Source of the DNA: Nanobdellota archaeon
Lineage (GTDB): Archaea > Nanobdellota > Nanobdellia > Woesearchaeales > JAHWHD01
NCBI GenBank assembly: GCA_034722435.1
Contig: JAYENX010000036.1
Coordinates: forward strand, 1 to 36,182
DNA: 36,182 bases
Direction: 5' to 3'
In this document: positions 1-8,693 of the stretch, one piece after another
Position numbering within the stretch: the stretch's first letter is position 1
How the letters are laid out: the number at the start of each line of letters is the position of its first letter
The notes under the pieces: generated by a model
The model's input: the letters and a program-made list of their open reading frames with translations, nothing else
What the model was told of the DNA's origin: nothing
The model's database searches: none
Made by a program: the position numbers and the translations under genes

Positions 1-56
1 CGTAAAAGCTATTGAGTCGCGAAGGGGGTCAAAAAATCGAGTAACTGGTCAATAAA

Positions 57-168
57 AAGAGTATGTCCCGACTTTCCATAACGGATAAAACCATCTTTAC
101 CGCTAAAGGACGCATTAAAACTATAACCCAGTAACTTGATTACTGAGTGTGCCACGTCGGCATAACAC
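57..168 (-). ncRNA. Candidate small structured RNA (unassigned)
   Basis: TTTATAAA box at 194-187 points into a non-coding stretch richer in GC than other intergenic DNA. It has a 9-bp hairpin ACUCAGUAA/UUACUGGGU, possible 5'/3' end pairing (UAUG-CCGAC with GUCGG-GA-CAUA) and a following T-tract. Confidence 0.3.
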
Positions 169-199
169 AAACAGATTGACTACGTATTTATAAAGATTA

Positions 200-1339
200 T
201 CATAATTTCCCATTCATATGCACTAAGTCAGACTTCCCATGCGTCGTTGCAAGTACAGGGAATTCAATCATTAAATACCTCATGGCTTCTTTTAAAAGAC
301 TAACATTATTCCTGGTTTTCAATTCAACCACGCTGAATGGTCTATATGTATCAATTCTATCGTGCGAAACCAACAACTCTTCATTTCGCGCATATGTCCG
401 TTCAAATTCAATCTCACTAACAAAGTTCTTAATGTGACTGTTAAGAAAATCTTTAACATTCTCATCTTCAACACCTTCAATAGATGTCGCAACTTTATCT
501 AAACTAAAATAATACTTTTCTTTTTCAGTTGGATAAAAGTTATGCTGACTTTTTTCTTTTTGTAACTGCGTCGCTCTTGTAAATGTTATTTGTGCACTTT
601 TCAATTCTTCTAGCCCGTTAAGCCTGTGCCTCAGCCTAACTTTCGCAGTTCGTCCTGAATAACTCTTCAAATGATTACTAAAATATCTATCATGATAGTT
701 CCATGTTTGGATATCGTCTAAAGAAAACCTTGCACTTAACCTGTCAATCACTTTTTCAGGTGAAACGTCTCGCGCAATATAAAATCTTGATTCTAAATAC
801 TCGTCTGACTCAAATCCTAAATCTATAAGTTTCTTTTTCTTCTTTCTAAACTTATGCTCGGTATATGCAACCTCTAACGTTGCTGCAGCAACTACAGCTA
901 TTGCAAAACTCATCCCTGATAACATAACAATTGGAACCTCAGGCACACTATACATTCCTGCGACCAGTAACCCACCATATATCGGATCATGTATACATAT
1001 ATCTTCAATCAAAGTCGCCTTTGCTTCATCATTAAAACTATTTTTAATGCAATGCCACCAACTATCTCTACTTTCTTTAGGTGTTGTCTTCCAAGTATCA
1101 TGCCCTTTTTTAAAATGCCAATACATTAATCCAACTTTTTCAACTATGGGTCCAACCGCAGCTAAACATAATTTACTACCCAAACCACCATTTTTAAGAA
1201 ACGGACTAGCTATTGCCGTACCTGTAATATTAAACACTCCTGAGGTAACCTCATCTCTTCCAAACCGTTTAAACACGCTCCAGAACGGACTCTCAGGCAC
1301 AATAATTGGCATCTCTGCTAACTTTTTCTCTAACGACAT
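200..1339 (-). CDS. Membrane protein with C-terminal CYTH/VTC-like (triphosphate tunnel) domain
   Basis: N-terminal half has hydrophobic segments. C-terminal half has YLESRF, YHDRYF, KVRLR, IEFER, VSHD and VVELK, matching the CYTH/TTM pattern. Confidence 0.65.
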   Translation of the reverse strand: MSLEKKLAEMPIIVPESPFWSVFKRFGRDEVTSGVFNITGTAIASPFLKNGGLGSKLCLAAVGPIVEKVGLMYWHFKKGHDTWKTTPKESRDSWWHCIKNSFNDEAKATLIEDICIHDPIYGGLLVAGMYSVPEVPIVMLSGMSFAIAVVAAATLEVAYTEHKFRKKKKKLIDLGFESDEYLESRFYIARDVSPEKVIDRLSARFSLDDIQTWNYHDRYFSNHLKSYSGRTAKVRLRHRLNGLEELKSAQITFTRATQLQKEKSQHNFYPTEKEKYYFSLDKVATSIEGVEDENVKDFLNSHIKNFVSEIEFERTYARNEELLVSHDRIDTYRPFSVVELKTRNNVSLLKEAMRYLMIEFPVLATTHGKSDLVHMNGKL

Positions 1340-1411
1340 ACTATTTCAAGAAATGAATTATTTATAAATCTTATCTAAATCTTTAAATACCTTATACTTC
1401 TAATAAAGAAC

Positions 1412-1663
1412 ATGAACAAAACTCAAATAGGAAAAATAACGCATTACTTCAGCGATATCAATGTAGCAGTGCTAGAACTAATTGCAGACCTAAAACTGGG
1501 CGATAACATCAGTATCGAAGGTCACGATAACATAACTAAGATGACTGTATCATCCATGGAAATTGACAGAACTCCGGTTGAAGAAGCTAAAGCAGGTCAA
1601 GCTATCGGTATGAAAACTAAACAAGAAGTTAAACCTGGCGATATAGTTTATAATATAAAATAA
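1412..1663 (+). CDS. Small stand-alone beta-barrel protein (EF-Tu domain II / peptidase U32 C-terminal-like)
   Basis: IGKITHYFSDINVAV...LKLGD.I...V.SMEID...VEEAKAGQAIGMK...V..GD.VY pattern. Confidence 0.75.
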   Translation: MNKTQIGKITHYFSDINVAVLELIADLKLGDNISIEGHDNITKMTVSSMEIDRTPVEEAKAGQAIGMKTKQEVKPGDIVYNIK

Positions 1664-1678
1664 TAAAGAATTAAAAAT

Positions 1679-1987
1679 TTATTCAATCATTTCAATCTCA
1701 ATATTCAAACCTTCGGGTATAGGTACTCTCATAACCAAACGAAGAGCTCTTTCATCAAGACCAAGATCAATCATTCTTTTATGAATTCTCATTTCATAAC
1801 GTTCCCAGGTAGCAGTTCCGTTACCGCAAGGACTTTTCCTGGTTGTGATCTTAAGTTTCTTTGTAGGTAAAGGTATAGGACCTCTCATTTGCACTCCTGT
1901 CTTATCCGCTATATCCTTGATACTACTACATATCTCGTTGATTTTGTCTATGTCTGTGCTTGCTAATTTTATTCTTGCTTTTTGCAT
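1679..1987 (-). CDS. rpsJ: 30S ribosomal protein S10 (uS10)
   Basis: [37 protein letters not shown]; lies downstream of tuf. Confidence 0.98.
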   Translation of the reverse strand: MQKARIKLASTDIDKINEICSSIKDIADKTGVQMRGPIPLPTKKLKITTRKSPCGNGTATWERYEMRIHKRMIDLGLDERALRLVMRVPIPEGLNIEIEMIE

Positions 1988-2047
1988 TGTTTTTTACCTA
2001 CATGATAAACATGGAATTCACCATGGAATGAAAATAAAAAAAAATAT

Positions 2048-3331
2048 TTATTCCTTTTTAACAACTGATATACACATACCAGCTGCTACTGTGGTACCTG
2101 AGTCACGGATAGCGAACCTTGAAAGTTGCGGAATCTCTTTCTGTGTCTCAATTACCATTGGTTGTACAGGTCTAATCTTAACGATTGCTGCATCTCCGTT
2201 TTTAATGAAGTCAGGATTCTCTTCTAAAACTTCACCTGTAGCCGGATTCAACTTTTTCTCAATTGCTAAAATTTGACATGCAACTTGTGCAGTATGAATA
2301 TGGAATACTGGACAGTAACCAACTGTGATAACACTAGGATGGTTAAGTACAACAATCTGTGCAGTGAACTCTGTCGCAACTGTTGGTACGTTACTTGCAA
2401 GACCCATTACATCTCCTCTTGCTATATCTTTCTTACCAAATCCTCTGATTGAAAGACCCACGTTATCACCTGGTTCAGCACTTGTTTGCTGCTCGTGATG
2501 CATCTCTATAGATTTACACTCGCCAGGTACACCTTTACCTTCTCTACCGGGTACAGCTATAACTTTGTCACCAACTTTAAGAACTCCTGTTTCGATTCTT
2601 CCAACTGGAACTACACCGATACCTGTGATGTTATATACATCCTGAATAGGTAATCTTAGCGGAAGACCAACTGGTTTATCAGGTTCTTTAAGTTCATTGA
2701 TTGTCTCTAGTAATGTTTTACCTGAATACCATGGTAAGTTTTCAGATTTTTTAACAACATTATCTCCTGGTAATGAAGCAATAGGTATGAAAGGTACTTG
2801 CTCAGGATTGTATCCTACAGTCTTAAGTAAAGCTCCCACTTGTTCTTTAACTTCATTAAACTTTTTTTCATCAAACTTTACCATGTCCATCTTATTGACA
2901 GCAACGATAAGTTGTGAAACTCCAAGAGTTCTTGATAAAAACACGTGCTCTTTTGTCTGTGCCATGATACCATCATTAGCAGCTACAACTAGAACTCCTG
3001 CATCAGCTTGTGATGCTCCTGTAATCATGTTTTTAATAAAATCCTTGTGCCCTGGTGCATCAATTACTGTAAAATAATATTTATCAGTTTCAAATTTCTT
3101 ATGAGCCAGGTCGATAGTAACTCCTCTCTCCTGTTCTTCTTTTAGATTATCCATTACGAAAGCAAACTCAAATCCGCCTTTACCAAGCTCTTGAGCTTTT
3201 TCTTTTAACTTTCTCATGGTGGACTCTTCAATAGTTCCACTATCGAAAAGTAATCTACCTACGCTCGTTGATTTACCGTGATCAACATGTCCTACGAATA
3301 CTAAATTAATGTGTGGTTTAGTTTTAGCCAT
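2048..3331 (-). CDS. tuf: Elongation factor 1-alpha (aEF-1A)
   Basis: [28 protein letters not shown]; C-terminal RFAIRD; SD GGAGGGAGTGA upstream. Confidence 0.99.
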   Translation of the reverse strand: MAKTKPHINLVFVGHVDHGKSTSVGRLLFDSGTIEESTMRKLKEKAQELGKGGFEFAFVMDNLKEEQERGVTIDLAHKKFETDKYYFTVIDAPGHKDFIKNMITGASQADAGVLVVAANDGIMAQTKEHVFLSRTLGVSQLIVAVNKMDMVKFDEKKFNEVKEQVGALLKTVGYNPEQVPFIPIASLPGDNVVKKSENLPWYSGKTLLETINELKEPDKPVGLPLRLPIQDVYNITGIGVVPVGRIETGVLKVGDKVIAVPGREGKGVPGECKSIEMHHEQQTSAEPGDNVGLSIRGFGKKDIARGDVMGLASNVPTVATEFTAQIVVLNHPSVITVGYCPVFHIHTAQVACQILAIEKKLNPATGEVLEENPDFIKNGDAAIVKIRPVQPMVIETQKEIPQLSRFAIRDSGTTVAAGMCISVVKKE

Positions 3332-3402
3332 AATTCACTCCCTCCGTTTTTCAATTTTTGAGCATTAATACTCTTTTAAATATAGAGTTTGGGATTAAAC
3401 AG

Positions 3403-3413
3403 TTATATATAAA
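3403..3413 (-). promoter_or_regulatory. TATA box of tuf promoter
   Basis: TTTATATATAA preceded by purine-rich CAGAAAGA in the 220-bp fusA-tuf spacer. Confidence 0.55.
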
Positions 3414-3552
3414 TCTTTCTGATGTTTATATGCTGTATAGCACGATATTACTATATAAACCCCTTATTTTGTAAATATTATTTTAATAAAAGAAAAAATA
3501 AAATTTACTAATTCCTTAAAATCATTGATTTTTAGGTTTAATAAGACGAGTC

Positions 3553-5721
3553 TTATTGATTAGCTGTAAGACCTTTTCTGTCCCTAATCTTCTTCAAGAC
3601 TTTAGCTTGTAGCTCGTCAGGAAGCTTCTCAAACATCTGGTCTACTAACGACGATGTACCTCTTCCGCCCGTAGCTGAACGTAGATCTGAAGACCAACCA
3701 AACATCTCACCTACTGGCATTTTAGCTTTAACAACTACATCGTTACCTTCTTGGTTCATCTCGAGAAGTTGACCACGTTTGTTAGATACAATCTTGGATA
3801 TTTCGCCCATGTATTCAACAGGAGCCTCGATATGCAAAATCTGTAATGGTTCGTACAATACAGGTGAAGCTTGCATCATAGCCCCTCTTATCCCTTCTCT
3901 AACTGCTGGATAAATCTGTGCAGGACCTCTATGGATTGCATCTTCGTGAAGAGTCATATCTTCCATTATAACCATAACTTTAGTACATGGTTCTCGACCT
4001 AGTGGTCCGGAATTCATAACATCTTCAAACGTATCGTTAATCATCTCTATTACTTCTAACAAGTGTACTTGACCTCTTGTAACTTCCATGAACACGTTAC
4101 CGTTATAGATATCTTTAATTCTATCAGCAACTTTTGAATTCATACCGCAATCAATGAACTTGTCCCGTAACTCAGTATCCTTTTTCTTGACCCTGATTTC
4201 AGGAATTATGTTATCTCTAATTGCCTTTGATATTTCCGGATTCAAAGGTTCAACTCTGAAATAGAACTTATTGTGCTTATTAGGCGATTTACCTTCTACC
4301 TCTGGAGAGTTTTTATTAATTGTTTCTCTGTATACAACTATAGGCGGTGAAGTAGATACTTCAACCCCTTTCTCGCTTCTTATCCTGTTTTCTATAACTT
4401 CCAGGTGAAGCTCACCCATACCATGCATAAGATGTTCTCCTGTTTCTTCATTAATCTCTATTTTGATGGTTGGATCTTCTTTCTGTACAATTCTAAGTAC
4501 TTCGATAAGCTTTGGAAGATCTGATGGTTTTTTAGCTTCAATAGCTTTAGTAATAACAGGGTCGAAAATGTGCGTAATTTCTTCAAACGGTTCTGTTGCT
4601 TCTATCGTTACTGTTTCACCAGGCCTTGCCTTGATACCCCCGATTCCTATGATGTTTCCTGCAGGTACATTATCAACAATCTCTCGCTTTGCACCATTGT
4701 AAATGAAAACTTGCTGTACTCTTGACGGCATGTTCAATCTGTTAAGGTATACGTGCGTACCTTTAACCATTGTTCCTGAAAATAATCTTCCTGCTGCAAT
4801 TTCTCCTGCCTGCGGATCAACAACAATCTTAATTATTACAAAGAACAGAGGTCCATTAGGATTGCATGCTAGCAAAGATTTACCTTCCTCGCTCTCTAAA
4901 TCTCCATGCCAAATCTTTGGAACTCTATACTTTTGTGCAACTACTGGGTTAGGATGATGGTCTACAACCATATCAAGAATAACTTCGTGAATCGGAGCTT
5001 TCTTTGCAAGTTCTTTATACTTATCATCTCCTGCTTTATAAGCATCAATGATATCTTTGAAAGTTATACCGTTTTTCTTCATGTACGGTATACTTAATGC
5101 CCAGTTATGGAACGCTGAACCGAACGCAACACTTCCTTCCTGAACATTTATTGCCCATTTATCTCCGTACTCTTCTTCAGCAATACTTTTGATCAATTTG
5201 TTAACGCTATTAATAATTCCAATAAACCTTTCCTGCATTTTTTCAGGTGTTAATTGAAGTTCCTTGATCAGTCTGTCAACTTTGTTAATGAACAGAATAG
5301 GTTTAACTCTTTCTTTCAAAGCCTGGCGTAATACAGTTTCAGTTTGCGGCATGATACCTTCTGAAGCACAACATAACACTATTGCACCGTCAACAGCTCT
5401 CATAGCTCTTGTAACGTCGCCACCAAAATCAACGTGTCCAGGAGTATCAATTAAATTAATTAGATACTCTTTTTCATCAACAGTATGAACCATAGATACT
5501 GACGCAGAATCAATTGTGATACCTCTTGACTGTTCATCTTCGTGAAAATCCAGAGCACAAGCTTTTCCAGCTAATTCCTCTGACAACATACCGGCTCCTG
5601 ATAACAAATTATCAGAGAACGTAGTTTTACCGTGATCAATATGAGCGCATATAGCAATATTTCTAATATTCTCGGGCACCTTCATAATTCTGGTGACCTT
5701 TTCAACCATCTTTTCTCCCAT
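3553..5721 (-). CDS. fusA: Elongation factor 2 (aEF-2)
   Basis: AHIDHGKTT, RGITI, DTPGHVDF, NKVD, GMGELHLE; diphthamide loop HEDAIHRG is intact. Confidence 0.99.
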   Translation of the reverse strand: MGEKMVEKVTRIMKVPENIRNIAICAHIDHGKTTFSDNLLSGAGMLSEELAGKACALDFHEDEQSRGITIDSASVSMVHTVDEKEYLINLIDTPGHVDFGGDVTRAMRAVDGAIVLCCASEGIMPQTETVLRQALKERVKPILFINKVDRLIKELQLTPEKMQERFIGIINSVNKLIKSIAEEEYGDKWAINVQEGSVAFGSAFHNWALSIPYMKKNGITFKDIIDAYKAGDDKYKELAKKAPIHEVILDMVVDHHPNPVVAQKYRVPKIWHGDLESEEGKSLLACNPNGPLFFVIIKIVVDPQAGEIAAGRLFSGTMVKGTHVYLNRLNMPSRVQQVFIYNGAKREIVDNVPAGNIIGIGGIKARPGETVTIEATEPFEEITHIFDPVITKAIEAKKPSDLPKLIEVLRIVQKEDPTIKIEINEETGEHLMHGMGELHLEVIENRIRSEKGVEVSTSPPIVVYRETINKNSPEVEGKSPNKHNKFYFRVEPLNPEISKAIRDNIIPEIRVKKKDTELRDKFIDCGMNSKVADRIKDIYNGNVFMEVTRGQVHLLEVIEMINDTFEDVMNSGPLGREPCTKVMVIMEDMTLHEDAIHRGPAQIYPAVREGIRGAMMQASPVLYEPLQILHIEAPVEYMGEISKIVSNKRGQLLEMNQEGNDVVVKAKMPVGEMFGWSSDLRSATGGRGTSSLVDQMFEKLPDELQAKVLKKIRDRKGLTANQ

Positions 5722-5734
5722 TAAAAACCCCTCC

Positions 5735-6310
5735 TTACAAATTCTTTCTATAAACTAAATCTTCATCTACACGTTTCCATGCAAATAGTTCATCATCTTT
5801 GAACCAAATCTTAATCTCTCGCTCGGCTTCATCAACAGCGCCTGAAGCGTGTATAAGGTTTTGGATTGGCCTCTTATAAGCATCAGCCAATGTATAATGA
5901 TCAATTGCAAAATCTCCTCTTACAGTACCTGGTGCACTATCGAACGGACTTGTAGTTCCAACAATCTTTCTTATCTTTGCTACAGCATTATGTCCTTCTA
6001 TAACTAGCGCAATAACTGGACTCATTGAAAGATAATCCATCAAAAGATTTCTTATCTTTTTTCCAAGTTCAATCTCAGTTTCTTCAAGAGTAGTTCCTCT
6101 TTCCGCATAAGCAGCTTTTTGTTTCCTGCCTACTTCAGTCATCCATTCTTCATCTTCAGCATAATGCTGGCCCGCCATATCTTTATCAGCATAGACCATT
6201 TTCATACCTATAATCTTAAGGCAACATTGTTCGAACCTTTTGATTATTTCACCTACGAGCCCACGCTGTACACCATCAGGTTTTATCAAGACTAAACTTT
6301 TCTCTATCAT
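5735..6310 (-). CDS. ndk: Nucleoside diphosphate kinase
   Basis: [31 protein letters not shown] with active-site His; ATGA overlap with rpl24e. Confidence 0.96.
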   Translation of the reverse strand: MIEKSLVLIKPDGVQRGLVGEIIKRFEQCCLKIIGMKMVYADKDMAGQHYAEDEEWMTEVGRKQKAAYAERGTTLEETEIELGKKIRNLLMDYLSMSPVIALVIEGHNAVAKIRKIVGTTSPFDSAPGTVRGDFAIDHYTLADAYKRPIQNLIHASGAVDEAEREIKIWFKDDELFAWKRVDEDLVYRKNL

Positions 6311-6495
6311 TTTTTAGTCTCCTTACCTTTAATGTAATGACCTGTCCATTTAATATATGCAGGTTTACGCTTAAGCTGTAGAGCATTTTTTTGACATTTA
6401 TTAGAACAAAACCAAAAAATCTTACCGTCTTTCTTGACGTACATCTTACCAGTTCCTTGCGCAATCATTTTATCGCAGAATGTGCATTTCGCCAT
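6307..6495 (-). CDS. rpl24e: 50S ribosomal protein L24e
   Basis: CTFC...[22 protein letters not shown]...KRKP...KWT. Confidence 0.97.
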   Translation of the reverse strand: MAKCTFCDKMIAQGTGKMYVKKDGKIFWFCSNKCQKNALQLKRKPAYIKWTGHYIKGKETKK

Positions 6496-6497
6496 TT

Positions 6498-6782
6498 TTA
6501 TTTACCTCTACCTTTTCTGCTAAGTTGTCTAGCTTCGATTTCAGTCTCTCTAAGCATCAAAATGTCTCCCACTCTTGTAGGTCCTTTAACATTTCTTCGC
6601 AAGATCTTGTTAGTATCTCTTCCTTCAAGAACTTTACATCTTACCTGGACAGCCTCTCCTCTTGTACCTGTCCTTCCACTGACTTCTTCAACTCTTGCAG
6701 GAACTGCAAAAGAAAATGATACTCCAGACTTTTTTTCTTCTTCTTTTCGGTCTCTTTTAGTTCGTTTTTTTACTTCAGCCAT
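6498..6782 (-). CDS. rps28e: 30S ribosomal protein S28e with charged N-terminal extension
   Basis: [19 protein letters not shown]...RNVKGP.RVGDIL.L.ETE.EAR. Confidence 0.96.
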   Translation of the reverse strand: MAEVKKRTKRDRKEEEKKSGVSFSFAVPARVEEVSGRTGTRGEAVQVRCKVLEGRDTNKILRRNVKGPTRVGDILMLRETEIEARQLSRKGRGK

Positions 6783-6788
6783 CTTTCA

Positions 6789-7121
6789 TCACTTCTGAAG
6801 TTCTTCTGTTATTTGTTTAATTAGAGCTTTAGCATCTCCTTCCTGAACAACTGCAACACTAACTGTTGATACGCTAATACCTGCTGCTGCTCCAAGTTCT
6901 TCTCTTGACGGAACTTCAACGCAAACAATTCCTTTCTCTTTACATAATGCTGGAATATGCATAACAATCTCTGGTGGATTAACATCCTTAGCTACAGCAA
7001 CTAATTTAGCATTACCTCTTTCTATAGCTTTTGTTACTTCGTTGGTACCTTTTTTAATTTTACCAGATTTACGCGCGTGCTCAATAGCTTCGAACACTCT
7101 TTCTTGTATATCATCTGCCAT
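6789..7121 (-). CDS. rpl7ae: Ribosomal protein L7Ae
   Basis: KKGTNEVTKAIERG.AKLV..A.DV.P.EIV.H.P.LC.EK...V.S..ELG.AAG; SD GGAGGG. Confidence 0.97.
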   Translation of the reverse strand: MADDIQERVFEAIEHARKSGKIKKGTNEVTKAIERGNAKLVAVAKDVNPPEIVMHIPALCKEKGIVCVEVPSREELGAAAGISVSTVSVAVVQEGDAKALIKQITEELQK

Positions 7122-7177
7122 TTTTTTTTACCCTCCACTTTTCTAGGTAACAAATAAAAAAGAATAAATTATATGTT

Positions 7178-7238
7178 ACCTCAATCCTACTCCTTCCGTG
7201 TCATAGCCCACAACACTTCCGAAGCATCAATCATCGGT
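7178..7238 (-). promoter_or_regulatory. K-turn (box C/D-like) element in the rpl7ae leader
   Basis: ACC-GAU-GA-UU pairs with UU-GA-GGU (3-bp C-stem, 3-nt bulge, tandem sheared G.A, U.U), closing an internal hairpin GUGUUGUG/UAUGACAC. TATA TTTAAATATA at 7270-7261. Confidence 0.7.
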
Positions 7239-7331
7239 TTAGTACCAAAGTAAAAGTAGTTATATTTAAATGTTGCGGAGAATTAATTGTTTTCATATAT
7301 TCTTTATTTACTGTTTAAACATCCAACTTAG

Positions 7332-7670
7332 TTACTCATATAATCCCAAATCTCTAATAAGATCTTGATAATCAGCTATTGGCACCTTCACAGCATGTTC
7401 TTGGTGTATGTGTAACTCGTTATGCACGCTGGCGATGGTAAACTCTGTACCGTCCTCAAGAGCGATATCTCTTCTGTACAGGTTACGTTGGATATCATGC
7501 TTGATTCCTGCTCCGTTATTTATGTAATGCACTAAAAGCCGACTTCCATGGCCTGGAAAAATCACGTGCCCATTTTCATATTCGTCAAGATAAAATGAAT
7601 TACATCTACCTTCGCCTTCTAACACAACACCTGCTTTTGCAAGTTTTTCTAATGGTTCTAATTTTGCCAT
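7332..7670 (-). CDS. Hypothetical protein
   Basis: 112-aa ORF with ATG start and AT-rich upstream region; no recognised motif. Confidence 0.7.
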   Translation of the reverse strand: MAKLEPLEKLAKAGVVLEGEGRCNSFYLDEYENGHVIFPGHGSRLLVHYINNGAGIKHDIQRNLYRRDIALEDGTEFTIASVHNELHIHQEHAVKVPIADYQDLIRDLGLYE

Positions 7671-7723
7671 ATATTTAGAATTTTATTTTCTTTTTTATGT
7701 TTTTATATTCTCAAGATATAGAA

Positions 7724-7753
7724 TCTAAAAACTTCTTATATCTTTAACAAAGT
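7724..7753. repeat. 30-bp direct repeat, copy 1
   Basis: TCTAAAAACTTCTTATATCTTTAACAAAGT, identical to 8664-8693. Confidence 0.95.
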
Positions 7754-7835
7754 GATTCTTAAATCCACTAGACACTGGACAAGTGCGGTAAAAATTTATA
7801 TAGTTCTGAATTTAGTGAATTTTTAGAGGTTTAAA

Positions 7836-8657
7836 ATGTTAAATAACAAAATTATTGTATTTGAGAATAATAGAATTAGAAGAGTTTTGCATAATGATGA
7901 CTGGTATTTCTCAGTAGTTGATATTGTTGAGGCTTTAACAGATAGTCCTACACCTAGGCAATATTGGGGGAAAGTTAAAGATAGGGAATTTATACAATTT
8001 CAACTGTCCCCAATTTGGGTACAGTTGAAACTGAAGGCTCCAGATGGTAAAATGAGGTTTACAGATTGTGCAAACACAGAATCCATGTTTAGGCTCATTC
8101 AGTCAATACCTTCAAAGAAAGCAGAACCTTTCAAAAAATGGCTTGCAAAGGTTGGTTATGAAAGGGTGCAGGAAATAGAAAATCCTGAACTGGCACAAAA
8201 ACGTATGAAAGAAATCTATAAACAAAAGGGTTATTCTGAACAGTGGATTGAGAAAAGAATAAGAGGAATCGCTATCAGGCAGGAATTGACTGGTGAATGG
8301 AAACAAAGGGGTGTTAATGAACAAAAAGATTTCGCAATTCTTACAAATGAGATTACAAAAGCAACTTTTGGAAAGAATGTTAAAGAATACAAAGAGTATA
8401 AAAATTTACAAAACCAAAACTTAAGGGATCATATGGACGATATTGAACTTATACTAACCATGTTGGGTGAAGCTACTACAACAAGGTTTACAAAGGACAG
8501 AGATTCTAGGCAATTTATCAAATTAAAAAAAGACGCAAAAGATGGTGGGGATATTGCCGGTTCTACACGAAAAGACATTGAGAAAAAGCTAGGCAAAACT
8601 ATTGTTTCTAAAGATAATTATCTTGAATCTTCTGAGAAAAAGAAAAAATTAAATTAA
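7836..8657 (+). CDS. Bro-N domain protein (phage antirepressor-like DNA-binding protein)
   Basis: IRRV...DWYFSVVDIVEALTDS..PRQYW.K.K; DGKMRFTD; RLIQSIPSKKAEPFKKWLAKVGYER; LRDHM..IELI.TMLGEA. Confidence 0.85.
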   Translation: MLNNKIIVFENNRIRRVLHNDDWYFSVVDIVEALTDSPTPRQYWGKVKDREFIQFQLSPIWVQLKLKAPDGKMRFTDCANTESMFRLIQSIPSKKAEPFKKWLAKVGYERVQEIENPELAQKRMKEIYKQKGYSEQWIEKRIRGIAIRQELTGEWKQRGVNEQKDFAILTNEITKATFGKNVKEYKEYKNLQNQNLRDHMDDIELILTMLGEATTTRFTKDRDSRQFIKLKKDAKDGGDIAGSTRKDIEKKLGKTIVSKDNYLESSEKKKKLN

Positions 8658-8663
8658 TTACTT

Positions 8664-8693
8664 TCTAAAAACTTCTTATATCTTTAACAAAGT
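8664..8693. repeat. 30-bp direct repeat, copy 2 (3' end of the uppS-like gene)
   Basis: Identical to 7724-7753; on the minus strand it encodes FVKDIRSF-stop. Confidence 0.95.

Larger units (their letters stand above)
7724..8693. mobile_element. Putative minimal integrated islet carrying one Bro-N gene between att-like direct repeats
   Basis: Exact 30-bp duplication of the 3' end of the neighbouring gene brackets one phage-type gene; no integrase is present. Confidence 0.55.

Noticed and set aside
57-161. tRNA, 5S rRNA, RNase P or SRP identity for the left-edge RNA
   Set aside because: It has a tRNA-like 5' start and a GGAAAGUC resembling RNase P P4, but no T-loop, no 5S loop C consensus and no SRP helix 8 in the window. 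Left unassigned.
3553-5721. Possible diphthamide-less EF-2 paralog
   Set aside because: The target loop HEDAIHRG retains its His; this looks like canonical aEF-2.
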